From the NCBI GenBank assembly GCA_913062555.1, contig CAJXVU010000008.1:25957-89956 (forward strand): a stretch of DNA of 64,000 nt, written 5' to 3'. Under the pieces are notes generated by a model. The model did no database searches, was not told the origin of the DNA, and worked only from the letters and a program-made list of their open reading frames with translations. Below are positions 50,904-59,776 of this stretch, piece after piece; positions within the stretch are counted from its first letter, which is position 1, and the number at the start of each line of letters is the position of its first letter. Source of the stretch: an uncultured Bacteroidota bacterium (GTDB lineage: Bacteria; Bacteroidota; Bacteroidia; Flavobacteriales; Flavobacteriaceae). The position numbers were made by a program, and so were the translations under genes.

Positions 50904-52697
50904 ATGAAAAGAGTAATACTTCTAACCTTATTACTAATATGTGTATTCCAAGGTTTCGCTCAAACGGCGGGAATTAGTTATCAGGCGGTAATATTAAACC
51001 CTAATATACAAGAGCTTCCTGGTGAAGATGCCGATCAAAATATTTTGGCTAACACTAGGGTGGTCATAAAATTTTCTATTATAAATGAAGTTGAGAATAC
51101 TGAATTTACGGAATACCATGAAACAATGACCGATGAATACGGAATGATAAATTTAGTTATCGGAACCGGAACAGCAACACGTAATAGTTTTGATTATGTG
51201 CAATGGGATGGTGAGCAAAAAAAATTAAGAGTTGAGATTGATTTCTCAGGAAGAGGAGCTCTTTATTCAACATTAAGTGAACAGGATCTTATGTTTATGC
51301 CACAACCTGTAACAGGGAGATCAGCTCAGGCTATAATTGATAATACTTCAACAATTGAAGCTGAAACAATTAGAGCACTTGCCGCAGAAGCCACAATTCA
51401 GACTAATATGGATCAAAATATAGTTGATACCGATATTGCTATTGCATCGAATACGACAGCAATAACAGCTGAGTCAACAAGGGCACAAGCAAAAGAGGCT
51501 AACATGACATCGGCAATTATATCAGCGAATACAAATATTTCCAACAATGCAACTAATATCTCAGAAAATGATTCAAATATTGCTGATAACAAAGTCGCTA
51601 TTACAGTAAATGCATCTGGAATTAATGCCAACACATCAGCTATCGGAAATAATACGACTAATGTTGCTCTTAAAGCAAACATAGCGAGTCCAACCTTTAC
51701 AGGTACACCTGCAGCACCTACAGCTACAGCTGGAACAAATACAACACAATTAGCAACTACAGCTTTTGTGAAATTAGCAGTTACAAATGCGACATCTGGT
51801 GATTTTGTAGACTTAACTACAAACCAGACAATTGCCGGGACAAAAATCTTTAGTGCCGACATGGTGGTAAATGGAGTTAAAATAGGAAGAGGTACTGGTG
51901 ATGACGGTCAGAATACTGCTATTGGAACAGATGCATTGGGATCCGGAACAGGGACTAGGAATACAGGTATTGGTTTTGGTGCTCTGTTAAATTATTCAGG
52001 GACAAGTTTTGATAATAATACAGGAGTAGGATATCAAAATATGGTAGGTTTAACTACCGGTTATGGAAATACTTCAGTGGGAGCAGAAACGATGTTTAAT
52101 GTGGCAGGAAATGATCATAACACGGCTATTGGTAATCAAACATTAATGAATGCTGCTGGATCTGAGAATACTGCTTTGGGTGCTAATTCAGGAACCTGGG
52201 TGACTACTGGTTCTAAAAATACTTTTTTAGGTAGAAGCGCTAATATTTCTGACGGGACTTATTCAAATGCCACAGCAATTGGATACAATGCTGTTGTAAC
52301 TGCTAGCAATACCATTCAATTAGGAAATGGAAGTGTTACTGATGTAATAACAAATGGAAGGATTACAACAGGGGCTATTACTCTACCTAATACGGATGGT
52401 ACAGCCAATCAAGTATTGAAAACAGACGGAAGTGGTAGCTTAACTTGGAGCACGCCTTCTACAGCTGCTCCTGTAAGAGAAGTAGCCGATGAGTTTAGTG
52501 CAACAGCTGCGCAAACTAGTTTTACCTTAACACAATCGCCTTCTTCCGATAGTAAAGTGAAAATGTATATAAATGGCATAAGAATTAGTACCACAGCATA
52601 TGGTGTGAGTGGAACTACAATTACTTATGTGCCTGCAAATAATGGTGGGTATGCGTTATCAACTAGTGATAGAATACAGTTTGATTTTTATTATTAA
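50904..52697 (+). CDS. Exported trimeric-fibre-like protein
   Basis: Signal peptide. Heptads with I at position a and N at position d span 51537-51662. The motif ASPTFTGTPAAPTATAGTNTTQLATTAFV is common in phage tail fibres. NTAIG/NTSVG/NTALG repeats resemble the YadA head. The C-terminal domain reads FSATAAQTSFTL...YINGIRI.... Confidence 0.65.
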   Translation: MKRVILLTLLLICVFQGFAQTAGISYQAVILNPNIQELPGEDADQNILANTRVVIKFSIINEVENTEFTEYHETMTDEYGMINLVIGTGTATRNSFDYVQWDGEQKKLRVEIDFSGRGALYSTLSEQDLMFMPQPVTGRSAQAIIDNTSTIEAETIRALAAEATIQTNMDQNIVDTDIAIASNTTAITAESTRAQAKEANMTSAIISANTNISNNATNISENDSNIADNKVAITVNASGINANTSAIGNNTTNVALKANIASPTFTGTPAAPTATAGTNTTQLATTAFVKLAVTNATSGDFVDLTTNQTIAGTKIFSADMVVNGVKIGRGTGDDGQNTAIGTDALGSGTGTRNTGIGFGALLNYSGTSFDNNTGVGYQNMVGLTTGYGNTSVGAETMFNVAGNDHNTAIGNQTLMNAAGSENTALGANSGTWVTTGSKNTFLGRSANISDGTYSNATAIGYNAVVTASNTIQLGNGSVTDVITNGRITTGAITLPNTDGTANQVLKTDGSGSLTWSTPSTAAPVREVADEFSATAAQTSFTLTQSPSSDSKVKMYINGIRISTTAYGVSGTTITYVPANNGGYALSTSDRIQFDFYY

Positions 52698-52742
52698 TAC
52701 GTTATAGTGTACAAATCTAAATTATTAACAATTGTAAAATTC

Positions 52743-55295
52743 ATGTTCAAAAAAAAACTTATAATCGTATTTGTGCTTTTTTCAGCTGTAAATCTTTATT
52801 CTCAGATAGACACAGGGTTAGCGCATAAAAGTTTCGCTTATGTTTCAGCCCAAAAAGGAGGGAACATCCAAATTATTGATAATATTTCAAAAACATTTAT
52901 TGGTTCAATAGGAATAATATCTACGAGTTCAAATTGGAGAAATTCACAAAGAACATTAGGAATTAGTAAAGACGGACAATTTTTATTTCAAGATTCATAT
53001 GGTCTTGCCACGACCACTCAAATTATTGATGTAGCGACTAATACCATTGTTTCCGGAATTAATTTTTCCGATAAAAGTGGTATGGTCTCTTCTCCAGATG
53101 GGAACACGATTTATACCGGGAGGGCTTACTCTATCAATAAGTATGATATATTGAATAATACAGTTACATCCTTGGCCAGTAGAAATACAGGGACCTGTAA
53201 TACAACAAATCCAAATGAAGCGTATTCCAGTGTTCGATTGGCCATCTCAAGTAATGGGAATTCTTTATACGTTGCCAATTTGGATCCAAGAAAAAAGGGG
53301 ATTTCTGTGTATAATACCTCTGATGGAAGTGAAGTCAAGATTAACTCTGGAATTTCTGGAGCTACAAAGTTGAATATAAGTCCAGATGATGCCTACGTAT
53401 ACGTATGTAATACCAGCTGGGGCTATTCAGGTTGTTCTGGGGACCCAAGTTTAATGACTGATATTTATGGAAATAATGTAAGTCATTCTTCAGATGTTGC
53501 TATAATAGAGACTTCAACAAATACCGTAGTTGATTATTTAAATACGGGAAGTGCAACCGATGTGGTCGTTAATAAGGATGGTTCAAAAATATTTATAGGA
53601 TCAGGTGCTGGGGTAACAGTAATTGAAAGAAACTTGAGCTCAAATGTTCATACCATAGGTTCTGATTTGTACGCAACTGGAGCAGTAACTCACATGGAAA
53701 TAGATCCAAGTGGGGATTTTCTATATGTAGTTTCAGCAGATGTACTGAAATTAGTAAAACTTTCAGATGGCACAATAACAACCCTTACAACAACATCGGA
53801 GAGTAATAAGTCATTAGGGAATATTGTTTTTAGTTCTTATTATACTGCTCCTATCGGGCTTTCGGTATCAACGGATCCAGCAAATAATAATTCTATTTTA
53901 AACTGGACTTCGGTTGACTCTCCAACACTTGTTAATTATAAAATTTATGGCGGAACAACTCCTTCAAACTTACAATTAATAGGAACTGTAAACTCAGGTA
54001 TTGAAACTTTTACACATTCAAATTTATTGGGAGAGACCACTTATTATTACAAAATTTCGGCTGAAGATGACCAAAATAATGAAAGTAATAAATCTTTAGA
54101 AGTATCAACAACAACTGCAGTTCTTCCTGCCATAATTTCTGGTCCAAATGGAATAACTGGGAATACAAGTAGCATATCAATATCAGAAAACAAGACTGAT
54201 GTATTTGGGTTTTCTGCAAATGTTCCTGTTACTTGGAGCTTGGGAACTTCTAATGATGAAGATTTATTTTCGTTAGACACTTCAGGTAATCTTGTTTTTA
54301 ATTTGGCGCCCGATTTTGAGACGCCATTAAGTAGTATAAATAGCAATACATATTTAGTAGACATTATTGCCGCTGATGCTTCAAGTAGAATTTCAAATCA
54401 AATGGTAACCATTACTATAATGGATGTTGATCCTGCTGCGATGGATGAATTTAATTCAGTTACAAAAACTTATTTTGACAGATCCTACATCATAATACCT
54501 CCCACGAGTAGTAACACTAAGCCTGTTACATTTTCAAGTAGTGATCCATCTGTTGCAACAATTAGTGGAACAACAGTCACGATTATTGGAATTGGTACAA
54601 CAACACTCACAGCGTCACAAGAATTTGATTCCAATTATGACAGTAATTCGATAACTTCAACGCTTACAATTAATAATATAAGTGTTCTTACAAAAAACGG
54701 AGATATAAGTGAAACAGCTTTAAATTATGTAAATAAAAATGGTAAAATAGGTAGTGGTAGCGCAATTAACAAAAATGGAGCATCAAATTACACTAAAAAC
54801 TTGGTGGTGATTGGTGATAATTATAATGGTGGTATTGTTGGTTATATATTACAACCTGGAGACCAAGGATACGATTCGGATATTCAACATGGTTTAATCA
54901 TTGCGACTACAGATCAAAGTAGTGGTGCAAATAATGGAACTTATGGACAGGAAATCCAATATGTTACTCCTGTAGATATAGGATCAGGCCAAATTAACAC
55001 AGCCTTAGTCGCTGTAAATGTCACCAATGGAGGTGTATTTATATGTGCTAATTTAGATCTGAATGGATACAGAGATTGGTTTTTGCCCAGTAGAGATGAG
55101 CTGTTAAGAATTTATGAAAACAGAGCCATTATAGGAGGGTTTAATACCTCTGGAAATGAACGCTATTGGACATCTAGTTTCGATCCAACCAATGCTAATA
55201 AGGTGTATTCCGTAAATTTCACTACAGGAATCGCAGATCTTGTATATAAATCTAATAATACAGATCCTTCTGTTCGAGCCATCAGGTACTTTTAA
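52743..55295 (+). CDS. Exported multidomain protein: YVTN-like beta-propeller, FN3, cadherin-like, Big_2-like, C-terminal DUF1566 (Lcl C-terminal) domain
   Basis: Signal peptide MFKKKLIIVFVLFSAVNLYSQ. FN3-like LNWTSV...YKIYGG...YYYKISAEDDQNNES. Cadherin-like ...NLAPDFETP...ITIMDVD. Big_2-like VTFSSSDPSVATISGTTVTIIGIGTTTLTA. DUF1566 signature DWFLPSRDELLRIYEN...YWTSS. The ATG at 52743 is preferred over the GTG at 52707. Confidence 0.65.
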   Translation: MFKKKLIIVFVLFSAVNLYSQIDTGLAHKSFAYVSAQKGGNIQIIDNISKTFIGSIGIISTSSNWRNSQRTLGISKDGQFLFQDSYGLATTTQIIDVATNTIVSGINFSDKSGMVSSPDGNTIYTGRAYSINKYDILNNTVTSLASRNTGTCNTTNPNEAYSSVRLAISSNGNSLYVANLDPRKKGISVYNTSDGSEVKINSGISGATKLNISPDDAYVYVCNTSWGYSGCSGDPSLMTDIYGNNVSHSSDVAIIETSTNTVVDYLNTGSATDVVVNKDGSKIFIGSGAGVTVIERNLSSNVHTIGSDLYATGAVTHMEIDPSGDFLYVVSADVLKLVKLSDGTITTLTTTSESNKSLGNIVFSSYYTAPIGLSVSTDPANNNSILNWTSVDSPTLVNYKIYGGTTPSNLQLIGTVNSGIETFTHSNLLGETTYYYKISAEDDQNNESNKSLEVSTTTAVLPAIISGPNGITGNTSSISISENKTDVFGFSANVPVTWSLGTSNDEDLFSLDTSGNLVFNLAPDFETPLSSINSNTYLVDIIAADASSRISNQMVTITIMDVDPAAMDEFNSVTKTYFDRSYIIIPPTSSNTKPVTFSSSDPSVATISGTTVTIIGIGTTTLTASQEFDSNYDSNSITSTLTINNISVLTKNGDISETALNYVNKNGKIGSGSAINKNGASNYTKNLVVIGDNYNGGIVGYILQPGDQGYDSDIQHGLIIATTDQSSGANNGTYGQEIQYVTPVDIGSGQINTALVAVNVTNGGVFICANLDLNGYRDWFLPSRDELLRIYENRAIIGGFNTSGNERYWTSSFDPTNANKVYSVNFTTGIADLVYKSNNTDPSVRAIRYF

Positions 55296-55516
55296 TTTTA
55301 TTTGGTTCACTGATTGCTTTACACCAAGTGAGGTTTCCTCGCTACAAATGTGATAAAGTTGTCTTTTATAGGATTAGTATCTTTATAATATACATGTTCC
55401 CCTTTTTGTGTGGCATTAGAATTATTATTTACAAGGATAACTCTTATTCAAAGAATGCAGTGGAATAATAAGGAGACAATATAATTAAACGGTTTTGTTG
55501 CGAATAACTCGAATAA

Positions 55517-55813
55517 AACACATCTTATTTTCCATCCTATGAAGTTGTGATGGATGAACTTCACGATTATCGATTTTATACTGAAGATATACTTCATCCT
55601 AATCAAATAGCAATCAATTATATTTGGGAATGTTTTAAAACGGTTTGGATGTCTCAGGATGCAGTTGCTATTATGGAAAAAGTAGAGGAAATTCAAAAAG
55701 GCTTAAATCATAAGGCTTTTAATGAAAAATCTGAGCTTCATAATCGGTTTTTGAAAACGCTGAAAGAAAAACAAAATTTACTTAAAAAAGATTATCCACA
55801 TATTTTGTTTTAA
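55517..55813 (+). pseudogene. Displaced 3' fragment of a GSCFA gene (about 98 codons, no 5' part)
   Basis: An in-frame TAA lies immediately upstream at 55514-55516. The fragment encodes ...SYFPSYEVVMDELHDYRFYTEDILHPNQIAINYIWECFKTVWMSQDAV...PHILF, homologous to the end of the 47093-48043 product. Confidence 0.8.
55522..55722 (+). repeat. Right copy of the 201-bp direct repeat
   Basis: See the left copy. Confidence 0.9.
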
Positions 55814-56387
55814 GTTTTGTAAAGCTTAAACACTTTAGTGTATTCAATGTCAATTTTTAGTGCTTATCTGCGTATTTTTACAATAAAATGTTCAGCTTTA
55901 GATTTTTACTCTAAAATTTGTGTGATAAATCGTTGTTTGCTACGTGTTTACTGGCTTAATTGAATAAAATACAGGTGAAAAATGGAGTATAAAAAGCTAT
56001 TTGTTTAATTTTGAGACTCTTCAAAAATATTGTCCAAGACGCTTCATCTTTTTTAATTGCTTCTTATCGAAAAAAAAATAGTTAGAGCTCAATAAGTTAT
56101 ATCTTCGATATGCTATTAATCAATTTTTTTTAAAAAGGCGTCAGGTTAATTATTCTGTTTTTCAGGTAGTTACTGATGCTTTTTTTTATTTCTATCCGTT
56201 TTTATTTTCAAATTTTCAAAAATACAAGTTGCAATAAGCTGTTATACAGATGTTTAATATTGTAGTGGGTTCAATATGGACTGAGTTTAAAATATTGGAT
56301 TATGAGTATTTTATTAAAGCCATGTGAGTTTTAACTGGTAAGAGGTGTTTTTTTTAAGTTTATTAATTTATTGTATAGCTCTAAAAT

Positions 56388-56696
56388 CTATTTGATTTTA
56401 CATGCTAAACTTTGCCATCCACCACCATTAATAGCGTCAATGTTTTTTGAATTAAGGAGTTTTGTTGCCCTACCAGATCGGATGCCACTAGCGCAGCATA
56501 CTATAAATGATTTATTTGATTTTTTCAACGCCAATAATTGATTTGGTAAATCTTGTAAAGCAATATGTCTTGATCCCTTAATGGCTCCAGTATTATATTC
56601 TTGTCGTGTTCTTACATCCAAAATAATAGCCCCTTTAGATTTGTATTCCAAGATATTTTGATCACTTTTATTTCCAAATAGATTGAATATTCCCAT
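56388..56696 (-). CDS. Single-domain rhodanese-like sulfurtransferase
   Basis: 102 aa with the active-site loop CCASGIRSGRA. Confidence 0.85.
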   Translation of the reverse strand: MGIFNLFGNKSDQNILEYKSKGAIILDVRTRQEYNTGAIKGSRHIALQDLPNQLLALKKSNKSFIVCCASGIRSGRATKLLNSKNIDAINGGGWQSLACKIK

Positions 56697-56740
56697 GTCT
56701 TATTTTTTTACAAAGAACAAGCATTTAAATAATTTTCAAA

Positions 56741-56763
56741 GTAACAAGAGTTACATATTTTTG
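56741..56763 (+). promoter_or_regulatory. Palindromic operator GTAACAAGAGTTAC abutting the -7 box TATTTTTG of the tetR promoter
   Basis: The inverted repeat spans 56741-56754 and the TAnnTTTG box spans 56756-56763, 17 nt before the tetR ATG. The core TAACAAGWGTTA is shared with the site at 57383-57394. Confidence 0.55.
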
Positions 56764-56779
56764 TATCTTCAACTTTCAT

Positions 56780-57349
56780 ATGAAACTAGAAACACGAAAA
56801 GAACAAATTATTAAAATATCTACAATCCTTTTTAAAGAAAAAGGATTTAGTGCGGTTACCATGCGAGATATTGCTAAAGCAATGGGGATTAAAGCTGCAA
56901 GTTTATATAATCATATAAGCTCGAAACAAGAAATACTTTCAAATATTATTATTGCACTTGCCGAAGAGTTTACAGAAGGTATTACCCAAATAAAGAAAGC
57001 ATCTTCTTCAAGTGTCGATAAATTGAATAGTATTGTTGAGCTACATGTTAATATAACATCTAACAATTCATTTGGAATGGCATCGCTTAATAATGACTGG
57101 ATGCATCTCGAAGAAAAACTTGAGTATTATTTGAAACTACGTTTGGATTATGAACAGGATTTTAGACAAATTATAGAACGAGGTATCGCTAATCATGAAC
57201 TTCAAGATTCCAATGCTGAGGTGATGTTATTTTCAATGTTATCTACGTTGCGTTCATTATATATATGGATACCAAATAAAGAAGATCTCAATCCGTCTAA
57301 ACTGTCTTCAGACCTGAGTCGTGTTTTATTGAAGGGAATTATTAAATAG
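56780..57349 (+). CDS. TetR/AcrR-family regulator (PaaR-like by context)
   Basis: N-terminal HTH FKEKGFSAVTMRDIAKAMGIKAASLYNHISSKQEIL. 189 aa. It lies directly upstream of the paa genes. Confidence 0.85.
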   Translation: MKLETRKEQIIKISTILFKEKGFSAVTMRDIAKAMGIKAASLYNHISSKQEILSNIIIALAEEFTEGITQIKKASSSSVDKLNSIVELHVNITSNNSFGMASLNNDWMHLEEKLEYYLKLRLDYEQDFRQIIERGIANHELQDSNAEVMLFSMLSTLRSLYIWIPNKEDLNPSKLSSDLSRVLLKGIIK

Positions 57350-57379
57350 TTCGGCTATTTTTTGTAAATTTGTGAATGT

Positions 57380-57410
57380 AACTAACAAGTGTTAGTTTGT
57401 ATTATTTTTG
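57380..57410 (+). promoter_or_regulatory. Palindromic operator AACTAACAAGTGTTAGTT followed by the -7 box TATTTTTG of the paa operon promoter
   Basis: A 7-bp perfect inverted repeat with a 4-nt spacer spans 57380-57397. The TAnnTTTG box spans 57403-57410, 16 nt before the ATG at 57426. Confidence 0.55.
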
Positions 57411-57425
57411 AATTTAAAACATTTC

Positions 57426-58499
57426 ATGGCAGAATTTCATAGCATAAAGGTTGCAGATATTTATAAAGAAACTAAAGACACTTCAGTTGTGACTTTCGAT
57501 ATTCCTGAACATTTGCAAGAAGACTTCGGGTTTATTCAAGGTCAGCATTTAACATTGAAAAAGGAAATTAATGGAGAAGATGTCCGGCGTTCTTATTCCT
57601 TATGCTCAAGTCCTGTAGATCGGGAATGGAAAGTGGCTATTAAGCAAATCCCAGGAGGTGCGTTTTCCACCTATGCAAATACTGAGCTTAAAGCAGGTGA
57701 TATGTTGGAAATTATGGAGCCATCTGGGAATTTTTATGTAAAAGTAGATGCCGCTACACCTAAAAATTATATTGCATTTGCCGCTGGAAGTGGAATTACT
57801 CCAATGCTTTCAATAATAAAAACTCATTTAAAGCTTGAGCCAGAATGCACATTCAAATTGTTTTACTTGAATCGAACCGCAAAATCAATTATCTTTAAAG
57901 AAGAAATAGAGCAACTTAAAAACAAATATTTTCAGAGGTTTCACACTTTTCATTTTTTAACAAAAGAGCAACGTGATATTGAGTTTTTAAATGGTCGATT
58001 TACATCGGAAAAACTTAAGACATTAACGGATAACTTTATTGATATTGACGATACCGCACATTGTTTTATTTGCGGGCCTCAAGAAATGATCTTTTTGATT
58101 AGAGACGAATTTGTAAATGCTGGGTTATCTAAAGATAAGATACATTATGAATTATTTTATAGCGGAAATTCAGAAGAAGAAAATAAACATATTGCTGAAG
58201 TTTTAGAGCATAAAGCTGAAGGGACTAAAGTGACCATAATTGATGGAGGAAAGGAGTTTCAGTTCATCATGGACGATGAGTATGACAACCTACTTGATGG
58301 TGCCTTAGCAGCTGGAGCCGATTTGCCATTTGCTTGTAAAGGAGGTGTTTGTAGTACCTGTAAATGTAAAATAATTGAAGGCTCGGTTGAAATGAAAGTA
58401 AATTATGCATTAGCGGAAGAAGAGGTTGCTAAAAATTTGATTTTGAGCTGCCAAGCTGTGCCAACAAGTGAAGAAGTAGTTGTAGATTTTGATGTTTAA
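57426..58499 (+). CDS. paaE: Phenylacetyl-CoA 1,2-epoxidase reductase subunit PaaE
   Basis: FNR-like RSYSLCSSP and GSGITP motifs and a C-terminal plant-type 2Fe-2S CKGGVCSTCKC...LSCQ. The ATG at 57426 is preferred over the TTG at 57408 in the ORF track. Confidence 0.88.
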   Translation: MAEFHSIKVADIYKETKDTSVVTFDIPEHLQEDFGFIQGQHLTLKKEINGEDVRRSYSLCSSPVDREWKVAIKQIPGGAFSTYANTELKAGDMLEIMEPSGNFYVKVDAATPKNYIAFAAGSGITPMLSIIKTHLKLEPECTFKLFYLNRTAKSIIFKEEIEQLKNKYFQRFHTFHFLTKEQRDIEFLNGRFTSEKLKTLTDNFIDIDDTAHCFICGPQEMIFLIRDEFVNAGLSKDKIHYELFYSGNSEEENKHIAEVLEHKAEGTKVTIIDGGKEFQFIMDDEYDNLLDGALAAGADLPFACKGGVCSTCKCKIIEGSVEMKVNYALAEEEVAKNLILSCQAVPTSEEVVVDFDV

Positions 58500-58519
58500 T
58501 AATATAATTCACTAATAAA

Positions 58520-59476
58520 ATGAGTGAAGCACAAATTAAAAATTTAGAAAAAGAGTTTGACGCACGTATAGCTCGTGACGAAAAAATAGAGCCTAAAGAT
58601 TGGATGCCTGAAAAGTATCGTAAGACTCATATAAGGCAAATGTCACAACATGCACATTCTGAAATAATTGGGATGTTGCCAGAAGGCAATTGGATTTCAA
58701 GAGCACCTTCTCTGCGTCGTAAAGTAGCATTATTGGCTAAAGTTCAAGATGAAGGAGGACATGGTTTATATTTATATAGTGCCACTGAAACTTTAGGGAT
58801 TACAAGGGACGAATTATTTGAACAATTACATTCAGGTAAAGCAAAGTATTCAAGTATTTTTAATTATCCAACACTAACTTGGGCAGATATAGGGGCTATT
58901 GGTTGGCTCGTAGATGGTGCGGCAATTATAAATCAAGTTCCATTATGCAGTACTTCTTTTGGGCCATATGCAAGAGCCATGGTGCGCGTATGTAAAGAAG
59001 AAAGTTTTCACCAGCGTCAAGGATATGAAATCATGGTGAAATTGATGAAAGGAACTCCAGAGCAAAAAGCAATGGCACAAGACGCATTAAATCGTTGGTG
59101 GTGGCCATCTTTAATGATGTTAGGACCAACCGATTCAGAATCAGTCCATACAGCGCAATCAATGAAATGGAAATTGAAACGTAAAACAAATGATGAGTTA
59201 CGACAACAATTTATTGATCAAACAGTACCACAGGCGGAGTTAATAGGTTTAAATATTCCAGATGAAGAATTAAAATGGAATAAAGAGAAAAAAAGCTATG
59301 ATTTTGGAACCATAGATTGGGATGAGTTTTGGCAAGTAGTAAAGGGGCATGGGCCATGTAACAAAGAGCGTATGACAGCAAGAGTTAGTGCATGGGAGAA
59401 TGGACAATGGGTGAGAGATGCAGCGATGGCACATGCTGAAAAACAAGAACATAAAAAATTAAATAAAGTAGGTTAA
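58520..59476 (+). CDS. paaA: Phenylacetyl-CoA 1,2-epoxidase catalytic subunit PaaA
   Basis: 318-aa di-iron ferritin-like protein with VQDEGGHG and EESFHQRQG motifs. The operon order is paaEABCD. Confidence 0.9.
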   Translation: MSEAQIKNLEKEFDARIARDEKIEPKDWMPEKYRKTHIRQMSQHAHSEIIGMLPEGNWISRAPSLRRKVALLAKVQDEGGHGLYLYSATETLGITRDELFEQLHSGKAKYSSIFNYPTLTWADIGAIGWLVDGAAIINQVPLCSTSFGPYARAMVRVCKEESFHQRQGYEIMVKLMKGTPEQKAMAQDALNRWWWPSLMMLGPTDSESVHTAQSMKWKLKRKTNDELRQQFIDQTVPQAELIGLNIPDEELKWNKEKKSYDFGTIDWDEFWQVVKGHGPCNKERMTARVSAWENGQWVRDAAMAHAEKQEHKKLNKVG

Positions 59477-59489
59477 TACAAAAGTAATT

Positions 59490-59774
59490 ATGAAAAAAGA
59501 ATGGCCACTTTGGGAAATCTTTGTAAGAAGTAAAAATGGATTGGAACATCGTCATTTTGGAAGTCTGCATGCGGCTGATGCTGATATGGCACTAGAAAAT
59601 GCACGTGATGTATATACTAGAAGGAAAGAAGGTGTGAGTATTTGGGTTGTAGAGTCAAAAAATATTACAGCATCTAATCCAGATAATAATGGTGAATTAT
59701 TTGAACCAGCACATGACAAAGTGTATCGACATCCAACATTTTACGATTTACCAGACGAAGTAAAGCATATGTAA
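59490..59774 (+). CDS. paaB: Phenylacetyl-CoA epoxidase subunit PaaB
   Basis: 94 aa containing WPLWEIFVRSKNGLEHRHFGSLHA, typical of PaaB. Confidence 0.9.
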   Translation: MKKEWPLWEIFVRSKNGLEHRHFGSLHAADADMALENARDVYTRRKEGVSIWVVESKNITASNPDNNGELFEPAHDKVYRHPTFYDLPDEVKHM

Positions 59775-59776
59775 TT

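Larger units (their letters stand above)
47953..55521. mobile_element. Putative integrated island bracketed by the 201-bp repeats; no recombinase gene inside
   Basis: Direct repeats are 7770 bp apart and a displaced promoterless 3' fragment of the target gene lies at the right end. The cargo is one regulator plus four exported proteins. Confidence 0.35.

Noticed and set aside
51413-51862. 149-aa minus-strand ORF inside the fibre-like gene
   Set aside because: It is antisense to an Ala/Thr/Asn-rich coding segment whose codon composition suppresses stops on the opposite strand. Its translation is low-complexity.
55814-56387. 574-bp AT-rich non-coding stretch to the right of the GSCFA remnant
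   Set aside because: I could see no ORF, repeat or structured-RNA signature. It may be decayed DNA or a regulatory region, but the sequence alone supports nothing.
50157-57425. Non-ATG starts in the ORF track (TTG 50157, GTG 52707, TTG 57408) and the upstream ATG at 61174
   Set aside because: Downstream ATGs (50190, 52743, 57426, 61192) give canonical signal peptides or N-termini and fit the promoter boxes better. The GTG start of the GSCFA gene at 47093 was kept because no alternative start preserves the conserved N-terminus.
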